Source: an uncultured SAR86 cluster bacterium (lineage in GTDB: Bacteria; Pseudomonadota; Gammaproteobacteria; Magnimaribacterales; D2472). From it: a stretch of 64,000 nt of DNA. The stretch covers positions 12,389 to 76,388 of the forward strand of contig CABXTT010000001.1 in NCBI GenBank assembly GCA_902515155.1. Reading direction: 5' to 3'. The translations under genes were made by a program, and so were the position numbers. The notes below the pieces were generated by a model. That model did no database searches, was not told the DNA's origin, and worked only from the letters and a program-made list of their open reading frames with translations. Shown piece after piece: positions 17,422-27,873 of this stretch (the stretch's first letter is position 1; the number at the start of each line of letters is the position of its first letter).

Positions 17422-18095
17422 CAGTCAGAATTTTTATCTATAAATCCATCAATATCATCATTTTCATATTTATGAATTTTTTCAAGATCAGATTTAATGA
17501 TACTTATTTGCATGCTTTTCAGATTTTTAAGCTTATTAATATCTCTTTTTTTTAATTGAAGATTTATTTTTTCACTTATGTTCAGATTCTTGTTTGAATA
17601 ATTCTTAATTTTTGTTCTTTTTGAAGATGTCCTAATGAACTCTTTGTTATCAAAAAAATGTTGAGAATCATTTCTAGGTTTTAAAATTTCTTTGTCACTT
17701 AATTCAATTATTTCAATACAATCTACCGGGCAGGGCTCAATACATAATTCACATCCAGTACATATATCATCAATAACAGAATGCATCATATTTATACCTC
17801 CAACAATTGCATCAACAGGACAAGCAGATATACACTTTTTACAACCGATACACTCTTCTTCAATAATTGAAACTTTTTGATTATTTATTGTAGGTCCATA
17901 TTCCATGTCAACTTTTTTGTAAGAAGAACCAACAATTTTATTGAGTTTATTCAAAGTTTTTTGACCACCAGGTACACATCTATCATGAGCTTCACCAGAT
18001 GCTATAGCTTCAGCATATTCCATACATCCAGAAGTGTTACATCTCCCACATTGAATTTGTGGAAGCTCAATATGTATTAGATTAATTAGTTCCAC
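17421..18095 (-). CDS. RnfB/RsxB-like iron-sulfur protein lacking the N-terminal membrane anchor
   Basis: LPQIQCGRCNTSGCMEYAEAI...DRCVPGG matches the RnfB N-terminal Fe-S domain. Two 4Fe-4S ferredoxin motifs follow (CIGCKKCISACP, CTGCELCIEPCP), then a Lys/Asn-rich tail. Confidence 0.75.
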   Translation of the reverse strand: MELINLIHIELPQIQCGRCNTSGCMEYAEAIASGEAHDRCVPGGQKTLNKLNKIVGSSYKKVDMEYGPTINNQKVSIIEEECIGCKKCISACPVDAIVGGINMMHSVIDDICTGCELCIEPCPVDCIEIIELSDKEILKPRNDSQHFFDNKEFIRTSSKRTKIKNYSNKNLNISEKINLQLKKRDINKLKNLKSMQISIIKSDLEKIHKYENDDIDGFIDKNSD

Positions 18096-18096
18096 G

Positions 18097-19140
18097 TTAG
18101 TCGTCTATAACACCGAGCTTTTTTTGAAGTTTTGTATTTGAAGTTGTATATCCAAAGGGAACACGTTCGCCAGGATGAATTCTTTGATATGCTTTTTGAA
18201 CCGCTAGGGTGGTTTCATGAAACCCAGAAAGAATAAGGTCTAGTTTTCCTGGATAATGATTTATATCTCCCACAGCAAATATTCCTTCTTTGGAGGTTTG
18301 AAAGTTTTCGGTGTTCACAGTTATCTTTTTTCCATCAAGATCTATTTCCCATTCAAGTATTGGACCTAATTTTTTATTAAGTCCAAATAGGAAGATTAAT
18401 TCATCAGCATCAAATTTTTCAATCTCTTTTGTATCGAAATTTTTTAAAGACACACCAGTTACTTTATCTGAGCCATGTATTTCTTCAATAATATATGGAG
18501 TCATTAAACTAATTTCATCTGACTTAACTAGTTCTCTCATCTGCTCTTCAGAATGAAGAGCACCTCTAAAGGCATCTCTTCTGTGAACAAGAGATAAAGT
18601 TTTAGCATTTTTGGCTAATTCAATTGTCCAGTCTAGTGCTGAGTCGCCTCCACCAAAGATAAATATATTTTTATCTTTATATGTATCAATCGACCTAACT
18701 GCATAACTGACACCCTTACCAAGATAATCATCAGGACTATCTATATTTGGCGGTCTTCTTGCCTCAAAAGATCCAGCACCTGCGGCTATAAAAACATTTT
18801 TTGTAATAAATTCGTTATTTTCGTTGGTTATAACACGCCATTGATTAATATTTTCAGACTCAACCTCCTCAAGAGTTTCAACCCGCTGATTTAGAAAAAC
18901 CTCATAATCAAAGGGTTTAATTTGCTCTAGCAATGCATCAACATGTTCTTGCGCAGTTTGAAAGGGCACGCCAGGAATGTCATAAATTGGTTTCTCAGGA
19001 TAAAGCTCAGCACACTGACCTCCAACCTTATCTAAGTTATCAATTAATACACAGTTTAGACCTAAAAGACCTGCTTCAAAGACTGTAAATAGTCCTACTG
19101 GCCCAGCTCCTATTACAACTATATCTACTTCTTTATTCAT
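18097..19140 (-). CDS. ferredoxin--NADP+ reductase, thioredoxin-reductase-like type
   Basis: IVVIGAGPVGLF, GGQCAELYPEKPIYDIPG, GGGDSALDW and the AVGD motif. No CxxC redox pair. Confidence 0.8.
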   Translation of the reverse strand: MNKEVDIVVIGAGPVGLFTVFEAGLLGLNCVLIDNLDKVGGQCAELYPEKPIYDIPGVPFQTAQEHVDALLEQIKPFDYEVFLNQRVETLEEVESENINQWRVITNENNEFITKNVFIAAGAGSFEARRPPNIDSPDDYLGKGVSYAVRSIDTYKDKNIFIFGGGDSALDWTIELAKNAKTLSLVHRRDAFRGALHSEEQMRELVKSDEISLMTPYIIEEIHGSDKVTGVSLKNFDTKEIEKFDADELIFLFGLNKKLGPILEWEIDLDGKKITVNTENFQTSKEGIFAVGDINHYPGKLDLILSGFHETTLAVQKAYQRIHPGERVPFGYTTSNTKLQKKLGVIDD

Positions 19141-21098
19141 TATTTTACTCTCAAGCCAGGCGTTGCACCTGTATCAGGTGATATTAGATATATTCCCTTG
19201 TCATCACTAGATGCTAAAACCATACCTTCTGACACACCAAATTTCATTTTACGAGGCTCCAAGTTACTAACCAAGATAACAAGTTTATTATTAAGTTCAT
19301 CAGGATTATATGCTGATTTAATTCCAGCAAAAACCTGTCTTTCACCCAAATCTCCTACATCAAGCTTAAGTTGCAAGAGTTTATCGGCACCCTCAACATG
19401 CGAAGCTTCAATAATTTTTGCAACTCTAAGATCTATATCTGTGAACTGATTTATATTAATGTAATTATTTTCATCATTCATAATGTTTTCCTTTGGAATT
19501 TTTATAGGCTCCATCCTATTTAATAACGGATCATATTTATTAATTTTATTTAAAAGAATTTTATCAATATCAGAAAATAAAAAATTATCTGAATTTAAAA
19601 AATTAAATGCATTTTTAGTAATATTTGGAATAATCGGACTTAGGTAAATAGATAATATATTGAAGGCATTTAAGGCAGTTGAGGAAATTATTACAGCCTC
19701 ATCGATATCTTTTTTCCATGGAGTTTTATCATTTATATACTTGTTTACCTGATCTGCAAGCTCCATGATTAATCTAACTACTTTAGAATAATTTCTCGAT
19801 TCATAAAAACCTAAAATCTCACCTTTTCTTGACGTAAGCGTATTTAAAATAGTTTGGTCAATATCAGTTGAAAGATTATTATCATTTTTTTTAATAAATG
19901 ATGAGCATCTGCTAGCAATGTTAAGATATTTTCCAACCAGATCTGAATTTACTCTTTGAACATAATCCTCAAAATTAAGATCAATATCTTCAACTTTGTC
20001 GTTGAGCTTTGCAGCGAAGTAATATCTTAATGTTTCTGGGTCACAAATATCTGCAAATTCTTTTGCCATTATTCCTGTGCCTTTTGATTTAGACATTTTT
20101 TCACCATTTACGGTGAGGAATCCGTGAACATAGACACCTTTAGGTAGTTTGAAGTTAGCAGCACTCAGAAGAGCGGGCCAGAATAAACCATGAAAGTAAG
20201 CAATATCTTTACCAATAAAATGATATATCTCGTATTCAGATTTTTCAGACCATAAATTATTCATATCTAAATTATTTTTTGAAGCCCAGTTGTCAATAGA
20301 GGCTAAATAACCTATTGGAGCATCTAACCAAACATAAAAATATTTCTGATTTTCTCCAGGTATTTCAAAACCAAAATAAGGAGCATCTCTAGAAATATCC
20401 CACTGCTGAAGATCATCATTTAACCATTCATTTAGTTTATTAGTTATAGGTTTCTGCAGATCACTATTTTTTAAAAAATCTTTTAAAATATCAATCTGCT
20501 TTGGCAAGTCAAAAAACAGATGCTCACTTTCTTTTTTAATTGGCTTAGTATTTGAAATTGCTGACATAGGGTTTTTAATATCACTTACGTCATAGGTTGC
20601 GCCGCATACACTGCAATTATCGCCATACTGATCTTCAGCTCCACACTTAGGACAGGTACCCTTAATAAATCTATCTGAGAGAAACATAGACTCACTTTCA
20701 TCAAATAGTTGGTTTATGGTTTTTCTTGAAATGTATCCATTATCCTTGGCTTTTAAATATATTTGCTCAGAATATTTCTTGTTTTCATCAGAGTGCGTTG
20801 AATGAAAGTTTGTAAATTTAATATCATATAAATCATATGTATCTATATGGTCTAATTGAACATTCTTAATTAATTCTTCTGGTTGTATACCCAGCTCCTT
20901 AGCTTTGAGCATAACTGGAGTTCCGTGAGTATCATCTGCACAAAAAAACAAGCATTCGTTTTGATTGATATTCTGAAATCTAACCCATATATCAGTTTGA
21001 ACAGCCTCTAAAATATGCCCGAGGTGCAATGACGCATTTGCATAGGGCAAAGCCTGGGTAACAATAATTTTTCTAGTTTTTTTAGTAGTTGAGTCCAT
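19140..21098 (-). CDS. metG: methionine--tRNA ligase
   Basis: HLGH ([10 protein letters not shown]), KMSKS, zinc knuckle CPKCG...CSVCG and a C-terminal tRNA-binding domain. Confidence 0.95.
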   Translation of the reverse strand: MDSTTKKTRKIIVTQALPYANASLHLGHILEAVQTDIWVRFQNINQNECLFFCADDTHGTPVMLKAKELGIQPEELIKNVQLDHIDTYDLYDIKFTNFHSTHSDENKKYSEQIYLKAKDNGYISRKTINQLFDESESMFLSDRFIKGTCPKCGAEDQYGDNCSVCGATYDVSDIKNPMSAISNTKPIKKESEHLFFDLPKQIDILKDFLKNSDLQKPITNKLNEWLNDDLQQWDISRDAPYFGFEIPGENQKYFYVWLDAPIGYLASIDNWASKNNLDMNNLWSEKSEYEIYHFIGKDIAYFHGLFWPALLSAANFKLPKGVYVHGFLTVNGEKMSKSKGTGIMAKEFADICDPETLRYYFAAKLNDKVEDIDLNFEDYVQRVNSDLVGKYLNIASRCSSFIKKNDNNLSTDIDQTILNTLTSRKGEILGFYESRNYSKVVRLIMELADQVNKYINDKTPWKKDIDEAVIISSTALNAFNILSIYLSPIIPNITKNAFNFLNSDNFLFSDIDKILLNKINKYDPLLNRMEPIKIPKENIMNDENNYININQFTDIDLRVAKIIEASHVEGADKLLQLKLDVGDLGERQVFAGIKSAYNPDELNNKLVILVSNLEPRKMKFGVSEGMVLASSDDKGIYLISPDTGATPGLRVK

Positions 21099-21134
21099 GT
21101 ATTAACTGTATTATATGTGAAAAATACAATATAT

Positions 21135-21827
21135 ATGGCCATAAAAAAAATAATAGCAATAGCATCAGCAAAGGGTGGGGTAGGTAAAAGCTCAATAACT
21201 GCTGCCATAGCATTAAATATGGCTAAAACCTCAAAAGTTGGCATTCTAGATGCTGATATATATGGACCGAATCAACATATTCTTTTTAATATCGAACACC
21301 TTAAGCCTAAAGTTATTCTAAAGAAGGATAAAAAATATCTTGAGCCAGTGATAGCAAAAGATATTGCTATAAATTCTATGGGTTTTCTACTTGATGAAAC
21401 TAAAGTTGCCATTTGGAGAGGACCAATGTTAAGTGGAGCAATTAGACAGCTGATGAATTCAACATTATGGGGTGATTTGGATTATTTATTTGTAGACATG
21501 CCTCCAGGCACAGGCGATGCATATCTAACGGTGGCATCAGAAATCAAACCAGATTATGCTTTGCTTGTTACCACTGCAAATAAATTAGCTGTTCATGACT
21601 TACAAAAATCAATTATTTTATTTAACAAGCTAGATATAAAAATGATGGGCTTTATTGGGAATAATATTGCAAACATTCAAGAAACAAATGACTTTGGATT
21701 CATAAAAGAGTTAGGTATATCTCATATATCATCCATACCATTTAACTTAGATATTTATAACTCTAACTTAGACAATCTTCCATCTTGTTTTGATGATATC
21801 TCAAAATCTATCGAAGAACTTGTATAA
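21135..21827 (+). CDS. Mrp/ApbC-family P-loop ATPase (short form, CXXC motif absent)
   Basis: Deviant Walker A ASAKGGVGKSS and DMPPGTGD. Divergent from metG, as in E. coli. I prefer the ATG at 21135 over the GTG at 21117. Confidence 0.8.
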   Translation: MAIKKIIAIASAKGGVGKSSITAAIALNMAKTSKVGILDADIYGPNQHILFNIEHLKPKVILKKDKKYLEPVIAKDIAINSMGFLLDETKVAIWRGPMLSGAIRQLMNSTLWGDLDYLFVDMPPGTGDAYLTVASEIKPDYALLVTTANKLAVHDLQKSIILFNKLDIKMMGFIGNNIANIQETNDFGFIKELGISHISSIPFNLDIYNSNLDNLPSCFDDISKSIEELV

Positions 21828-21834
21828 TTGGAAT

Positions 21835-22533
21835 GTGAAAAAAGCATTATTTTTAATTGTTCTTTTATCTCTAAATTCTAATGCAGATAATAGTATCAAT
21901 GACCCATTTGAAGAAATTAATAGGGCAACCTTTGAATTTAATGAGTCATTAGATATATATTTGGCAAAGCCTGTAGCAGAGGTCTATTCTAGTTTTCCTA
22001 AACCTATTAAAAAAGGCGTGACAAATTTCTTTGATAATCTTGAAGAGATAGATACATCATTCAATCAACTTCTTCAATGGAAACCAAAAAAAGCAATCAA
22101 TGACTTTACTAGATTTATTATCAATACAAGTATTGGTCTAGGAGGAATTTTTGATGTAGCAACTAAACTTGGACTTGAAAGACATGAAGAAGATTTTGGT
22201 CAAACCCTCGCTTTATGGGGTGTACCAAGCGGCCCATATTTAATGCTTCCTGTCTTAGGGCCTTCCAGTGTTCGAGATCTTGCAAGCAAACCTGTATCTT
22301 CATTACTGTCTGTTACTTTTCATATGACAGATGATGATGTCAATATTAGCCTTAAGGCCATAGATGCGCTTGAAACAAGAGAAAGGCTTCTAGAAATAGA
22401 GTCCTTAATCTCAGGCGATAAATATAATTTTGTGAAAGATTCCTATATCCAATATATAAATTACGAAATCATGGACGGAGAAAATGTCCAAGACGACTTT
22501 ATAGATGATATGGATGATTTTTTAATAGAATAA
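21835..22533 (+). CDS. mlaA: MlaA/VacJ-family outer-membrane lipid-asymmetry protein
   Basis: DPFEEINRATFEFNESLD and WGVPSGPYLMLPVLGPSSVRD. The start is uncertain. GTG at 21835 gives a signal-peptide-like N-terminus and avoids overlapping the mrp-like gene (the track ORF starts at 21790). Confidence 0.8.
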   Translation: MKKALFLIVLLSLNSNADNSINDPFEEINRATFEFNESLDIYLAKPVAEVYSSFPKPIKKGVTNFFDNLEEIDTSFNQLLQWKPKKAINDFTRFIINTSIGLGGIFDVATKLGLERHEEDFGQTLALWGVPSGPYLMLPVLGPSSVRDLASKPVSSLLSVTFHMTDDDVNISLKAIDALETRERLLEIESLISGDKYNFVKDSYIQYINYEIMDGENVQDDFIDDMDDFLIE

Positions 22534-23493
22534 AAGGTCTTCTAAGTCCTGTCTGTGACCTTTTAAAGATTCTTTTTTCATTACTTCTAAAATTTTAATT
22601 CTAAATGTTTTTGCATACTTATCACCCCTAGATAAGCCAAATAAATGTTTCATCATTTTAGATAGCTCATAGCCTTGCTCTAATTTTTCTTCAACGTAAT
22701 CAAGGTATTGATTTAAGATAGCTTTTTTTGATTTTAATACAGGCTCTAATCCATATATCTCACTATCTATGTCTTTTATTAAGAAAGGATTTTCATAAGC
22801 AGCTCTTCCAATCATTACACCATCAACTTTTGTTAAATGTGTTTTACATTCATTAATATTTTTAATACCACCATTTATAACAATATTTAGATCTGGAAAA
22901 TCCTCTTTGAGTTTATATACATAATCATATTTCAACGGTGGTATATTTCTATTCTGTCTCGGACTAAGCCCTTTAAGGATTCCATTTCTTGAGTGAATTA
23001 TAAAATCATTGACTCCTGATTCTTTAACTATTTCAACAAAATTATATAGAAATTCATAAGTATCATGATGATCTACACCTAAACGACATTTTATAGATAC
23101 AGGAATAGAAACATTGTTTTTCATAGCAGAAAGACAGTCTGCAACATGATTAGGTTCAAGCATTAAACATGCACCAAAACGACCTTTTTGAACTCTATCT
23201 GATGGACACCCAACATTAAGATTTATTTCATCATATCCGTAATTTTCAGATATTTTTGCTGATTCAACTAAGTCTTTTATTTCTGAACCGCCTAACTGAA
23301 CAGATACAGGATGCTCTTCTTGATTATATTCAAGTTGATGGAAGCATTTTCCATAAAGTATTGCTCCGGTTGTAACCATCTCTGTGTACAAAAAAACTCT
23401 TTTTGATATAAGTCTTAGAAGATACCTGTCATGCATGTCTGTGTATTGCATCATAGGTGCTATACATACCTTATGAGTTGATGCAAAAGACAT
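22522..23493 (-). CDS. dusA: tRNA-dihydrouridine synthase A
   Basis: CIAPMMQYTD and INLNVGCPS. I prefer the ATG at 23493, which avoids overlapping the nhaB stop. Confidence 0.85.
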   Translation of the reverse strand: MSFASTHKVCIAPMMQYTDMHDRYLLRLISKRVFLYTEMVTTGAILYGKCFHQLEYNQEEHPVSVQLGGSEIKDLVESAKISENYGYDEINLNVGCPSDRVQKGRFGACLMLEPNHVADCLSAMKNNVSIPVSIKCRLGVDHHDTYEFLYNFVEIVKESGVNDFIIHSRNGILKGLSPRQNRNIPPLKYDYVYKLKEDFPDLNIVINGGIKNINECKTHLTKVDGVMIGRAAYENPFLIKDIDSEIYGLEPVLKSKKAILNQYLDYVEEKLEQGYELSKMMKHLFGLSRGDKYAKTFRIKILEVMKKESLKGHRQDLEDLLFY

Positions 23494-23497
23494 AAAG

Positions 23498-25009
23498 TTA
23501 CAACAGGTAAATAATAGACAAGAATCCAACTATTGAAAGAATTATTGTATAAGGGAGTGCCATTAGAACCATTCTCATATACGAAAGATTTATAAGTGGT
23601 GCTAAGGATGATGTAAGTAAAAAAAGAAAAGCAGCTTGACCATTAGGTGTAGCAATACTTGGAATATTTGTACCAGTATTTATAGCCACAGCTAGTGAAT
23701 CAAATTGCTCTCTTGTAATCAACCCATTATCAAGAGCAGCTTTAACTTCATTGATGTATATGGTTGCAACAAAGACATTGTCACTTATTGCAGATAGAAA
23801 ACCATTTGCAACAAAAAATAATGGAGGTTGTACCTCAGTACTTTGAGACAAAACATAATTTATAACAGGAGAAAATAGATGCTGATCATGAATAACTGCA
23901 ACAATTGCAAAAAAAACTGCTAGCAAGGCAGTAAATGGCAAGGCTTCATGAAAAGCTTCACCAAGATGGTGCTCCTCTGTTATACCTTTAAATGCAGTTA
24001 ATAAAATAATTACTCCAAGACCAATAAGACCAACAGCTGCTAAATGTAATGCCAATGCGATTACTAATAAAAGAGCAACTATTGATTCAACTATTAATTC
24101 AGCCTTATGCTCAATAGTAGTATTTGTACGTTCGTATTCATCAAAGTCATTAAAAATTTTCCTTACATTTTCAGGTAATTGATTTCCAAATCCAGCAATA
24201 GCAAATTTCTCAATGAAAACACAAGTAATCATTCCAGCAATAAAAACTGGCATTGTTATAGGAGCCATTCTAAGGAAGAATTCTATAAACTCCCAACCAG
24301 CAACTTTAGCAATTAATAGATTTTGAGGCTCACCTACAATAGTACAAACTCCACCTAATGCAGTTCCAACAGCACCATGCATTACAAGATCTCTTAAAAA
24401 GCCTTTAAATTTTTCTTGATCTTGTAATCCAAGATCTGTTAATGATGAGTCATTGTTGTAATCATGATTATTATCACCAAAAGGTTTGTTAGATGAAACA
24501 GTATGAAATACTCTATAAAAACCAATAGTAACCCCAATAAGCACAGCTGTAACTGTTAATGCATCTAAAAATGCAGAAAGAATTGCAGCAGAAAAACAAA
24601 AAAGGAGTGAAAGATAAATTTTAGATTTAACTCTTAATAAAAGTTTTGTAAATATAGTTAGCATTAAATTTTTCATGAAAAAAATACCAGCAACCATGAA
24701 AACTAATAGAAGTATTACTTCAAGATTGTTTTCTATCTCATGAAAAATAGCCTCAGTAGTTGTAAGGCCTAAAATTACTGCTTGAATTGCAAGTAGTCCT
24801 CCGGGTTGCAATGGGTAACATTTTAAAGCAAGCGCTAAAGTGAATATAAATTGAAGAAGGAAAAACCAACCAACAATAAAATTACCATTCATACCAATAG
24901 TATTAAATATTGATAGCGCTATTGGATTAATTATCAGAAACACTACAATAGTATTTTTATACCAAATTGGAGAATTTCCTAGAAACATTTTTTGTATTGC
25001 ACTAATCAT
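23498..25009 (-). CDS. nhaB: Na+/H+ antiporter NhaB
   Basis: 503 aa polytopic protein. The N-terminus [21 protein letters not shown] parallels E. coli NhaB. Confidence 0.9.
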   Translation of the reverse strand: MISAIQKMFLGNSPIWYKNTIVVFLIINPIALSIFNTIGMNGNFIVGWFFLLQFIFTLALALKCYPLQPGGLLAIQAVILGLTTTEAIFHEIENNLEVILLLVFMVAGIFFMKNLMLTIFTKLLLRVKSKIYLSLLFCFSAAILSAFLDALTVTAVLIGVTIGFYRVFHTVSSNKPFGDNNHDYNNDSSLTDLGLQDQEKFKGFLRDLVMHGAVGTALGGVCTIVGEPQNLLIAKVAGWEFIEFFLRMAPITMPVFIAGMITCVFIEKFAIAGFGNQLPENVRKIFNDFDEYERTNTTIEHKAELIVESIVALLLVIALALHLAAVGLIGLGVIILLTAFKGITEEHHLGEAFHEALPFTALLAVFFAIVAVIHDQHLFSPVINYVLSQSTEVQPPLFFVANGFLSAISDNVFVATIYINEVKAALDNGLITREQFDSLAVAINTGTNIPSIATPNGQAAFLFLLTSSLAPLINLSYMRMVLMALPYTIILSIVGFLSIIYLL

Positions 25010-25034
25010 CGATATATAAGATTTTAATTAACAC

Positions 25035-25850
25035 ATGCATTTTAAAAGATTTTTTAAGTTTAAGCCTAATAATAATAGTTTATTTATTATATTTAATGAT
25101 AAAAAAGTATTGTTTGATTTAGAAGAAAAAACCTTTATTTTTGATGAAGCTTATCTAAACTTCGAAAATTATGATCTTGAAATAATAGGTATTGCTGAAG
25201 ATGAAGGTAAAAATATTTATGCTGTTGATGTAACCTCTTCTAATTTTAATTATAAAGAACAAGGTTATAAATCATTAATTGATTACGATTTAAGGTTTAT
25301 TCTTACAAGTCTTAGTAATAATGAAATAAATTTAATTGGAAGAGCTAACCAACTTCTGCATTGGATAAAAAGTAATAAATATTGCGGTTACTGTGGTTCA
25401 GCTAAGAAATTTAATGACGAGGAACAAGCATTGTTTTGTGATTGTAATAAAATCATGATTTATCCAAGTATCTCTCCTTGTGTTCTTGCATTAATACAAA
25501 ATGGCAATCAAATACTTTTAGCTAGAAATGCCTTATTCCCCGAAGGTCTTTTCAGTGCATTAGCTGGCTTTATTGAAGTTTCTGAGACTGCTGAAGAAAC
25601 AATAGAAAGAGAAATTTTTGAAGAAGTAAGATTGAAAGTTAAAAACATAAAATACTTTGGAAGTCAGTCTTGGCCATTTCCAAGTCAACTAATGTTAGCT
25701 TATACATGTGAATTCGATTCGGGTGAAATTGAAGTAGATGGACAAGAAATTGTCGAAGCAAAATGGTTTGACTTAAATAATTTACCAAATACACCACCCA
25801 ATTCAACCTTATCAGGAAGATTAATTAACTCCTGTATCTTGGATCGTTAG
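25035..25850 (+). CDS. nudC: NAD-capped RNA hydrolase / NADH pyrophosphatase
   Basis: Zinc ribbon CGYCGS...CDCN, a Nudix box GFIEVSETAEETIEREIFEEV and the downstream SQSWPFPSQLM motif. Confidence 0.85.
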   Translation: MHFKRFFKFKPNNNSLFIIFNDKKVLFDLEEKTFIFDEAYLNFENYDLEIIGIAEDEGKNIYAVDVTSSNFNYKEQGYKSLIDYDLRFILTSLSNNEINLIGRANQLLHWIKSNKYCGYCGSAKKFNDEEQALFCDCNKIMIYPSISPCVLALIQNGNQILLARNALFPEGLFSALAGFIEVSETAEETIEREIFEEVRLKVKNIKYFGSQSWPFPSQLMLAYTCEFDSGEIEVDGQEIVEAKWFDLNNLPNTPPNSTLSGRLINSCILDR

Positions 25851-27873
25851 CTGCTCTGGTAGGTATTTCTTTCTTCACTTTTGGTTCTTTTACAATTTCT
25901 TTAATTGCAGGTTCTCTTTTTACCGGTGAATCTTTTTTCTCTACTTTCTTAGGAACTGATTTGGGCTTATTATTTTTTACAACATCTTTTTTTGGGCTTT
26001 GATTCTTTTTTTCGGCCTTATTAGTATTAATATCTGTTGATTGCTTTTTATTGTTCTTAATAGACTTTTTATTCTGAGTAGGTTTTTTATTCTGAACAGG
26101 CTTTTTATTATGCTCAGGTTTTTTATTTTGGTTGATATTTTTCTTAGCAGTATTTCTATTATGATTTTGTTGAGAATTATTATTTCTAGGCTTTCTTTTT
26201 CTATTTTGATTATTTTTTCTTGTTTTTGCCTTTGGTTTTTCCTCACTATCAATACCAGCAATACTTTTAATCCAACCGACTAAACCATCCTTTTTCTTTT
26301 TAGGCATTTTAGGAGGTTTGATTCCATCTACTAATGGTTTCATGACATTAGATTTATTCTTGTCATCTCTCCAGCCTGTGTCTGGCTCAGGACTATTTGG
26401 TGTAAGGTTGTATGATTCTACATTTTTAATCTCAGAAGATTTAACTCTAACAACTTTATAGTATGGACGTGCCTTATATGGATCTGCTATTACTAAAACT
26501 CTAATGTTATTAGTTCTTTCAATATTAATTATATCTTGACGTTTTTCATTTAAAAGATAACTGGCAACATCGGAAGGGACATACACTTGAATTTCACCAG
26601 TGTTATCCTTTGCAGAGTCTTCTCCTATTATTCTTAATATAGATTGCCCTAAAGACCTTGGACCTCTCACTAAGACATGTTCGATGTCATAAGACTCATT
26701 CAAAGAAGGTCTTAATCTTTGTCTAGATACTTCTAATAGACCAAATTTTGATATTCCTGATATTTGTACTCTAGCTCTATCAGAATATACAGCTTTTCTA
26801 AATGCGCTTTCAACTTTATCTTGATGAGATGAATCAAGCATATCTATAAAATCAATAACTACAAGACCACCAACATCTCTGAGCCTTAACTGTCTGGCAA
26901 CTTCTCTAGCTGCTTCTAAATTCGTTTTATAGGCAGTATCTTCAATATCTTTACCTTTAGTTGATCTTGCTGAATTAACATCTACTGCAGTCATCGCCTC
27001 GGTAGGATCTATAACAATAGAACCTCCTGAATTTAATGAAATTTCTCTTTGAAAAGCTAATTCTATTTGTGATTCTATTTGATATCTATTGAATAAAGGT
27101 ATTTCTTCATCATATAACTTAACCTTATCTGCATGATCTGGAATCACTGCATCGATAAACTCTTTTGCTTCATTAAATGTATCAAGATCATCAATTAGAA
27201 TTTCTTCTATGTCATCTTTAAAATAATCTTTAGCAACCCTAACAATTAATTTATCATCTCTATATATCAGAGATGGGCTGGGAGCCTCAGGTATATTTTT
27301 ATTAATTTCATCCCATAAAGCTAGTAGATAGGCTAAATCTAAACTTAGTTCCTCTGATGATCTTCCAATTCCATTAGTTCTAACAATGGCGCTCATATTA
27401 TCTGGGATATTTAAAGAATCTAAAGCTTCTTTAATTTGATCTCTTTCCTCGCCACTAATTCTTCTTGAGATACCACCAGATCTTGATGAATTAGGAATTA
27501 GTACTATAAATCTTCCAGCAAGACCGATTTGAGTTGTTAACGCAGCTCCTTTGGTACCTCTTTCTTCTTTAGTGACCTGAACAATTATTTCTTGGCCTTC
27601 TTTGAGAGTGCATTCATTTTTACCTTCAGAATTTTTCTTGTAAAATTCATTAGATAAATCTTTTAGTGGAAGAAATCCATGTCTTTCGGAGCCAAAGTTT
27701 ATAAAGGCTGCATCAAGACTTGATTCTATTCTTGATACAGTAGCTTTAAATATACTGCCTTTCAGAAGTACTTTGTCAGGTGATTCTGTGTCAAAATCAT
27801 ATAATTTAGCACCATCAACAAGTGCCACACGTAATTCATCACCATAGGATGAGTTAATTAAAATTCTCTTCAT
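25825..27873 (-). CDS. rne: ribonuclease E (short form with Lys/Asn-rich C-terminal tail)
   Basis: MKRILIN...ELRVALVDG, an S1 domain and GGLVVIDFIDM. Divergent from rluC, as in E. coli. Strong SD agggag. Confidence 0.9.
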   Translation of the reverse strand: MKRILINSSYGDELRVALVDGAKLYDFDTESPDKVLLKGSIFKATVSRIESSLDAAFINFGSERHGFLPLKDLSNEFYKKNSEGKNECTLKEGQEIIVQVTKEERGTKGAALTTQIGLAGRFIVLIPNSSRSGGISRRISGEERDQIKEALDSLNIPDNMSAIVRTNGIGRSSEELSLDLAYLLALWDEINKNIPEAPSPSLIYRDDKLIVRVAKDYFKDDIEEILIDDLDTFNEAKEFIDAVIPDHADKVKLYDEEIPLFNRYQIESQIELAFQREISLNSGGSIVIDPTEAMTAVDVNSARSTKGKDIEDTAYKTNLEAAREVARQLRLRDVGGLVVIDFIDMLDSSHQDKVESAFRKAVYSDRARVQISGISKFGLLEVSRQRLRPSLNESYDIEHVLVRGPRSLGQSILRIIGEDSAKDNTGEIQVYVPSDVASYLLNEKRQDIINIERTNNIRVLVIADPYKARPYYKVVRVKSSEIKNVESYNLTPNSPEPDTGWRDDKNKSNVMKPLVDGIKPPKMPKKKKDGLVGWIKSIAGIDSEEKPKAKTRKNNQNRKRKPRNNNSQQNHNRNTAKKNINQNKKPEHNKKPVQNKKPTQNKKSIKNNKKQSTDINTNKAEKKNQSPKKDVVKNNKPKSVPKKVEKKDSPVKREPAIKEIVKEPKVKKEIPTRAANDPRYRS
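26062..26133 (-). repeat. 4 x 18-bp imperfect tandem repeat within the rne tail
   Basis: The units are agactttttattctgagt, aggttttttattctgaac, aggctttttattatgctc and aggttttttattttggtt. They encode (NQ/EH/VQ/TQ)-NKK-(P/S) hexapeptides. Confidence 0.85.
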
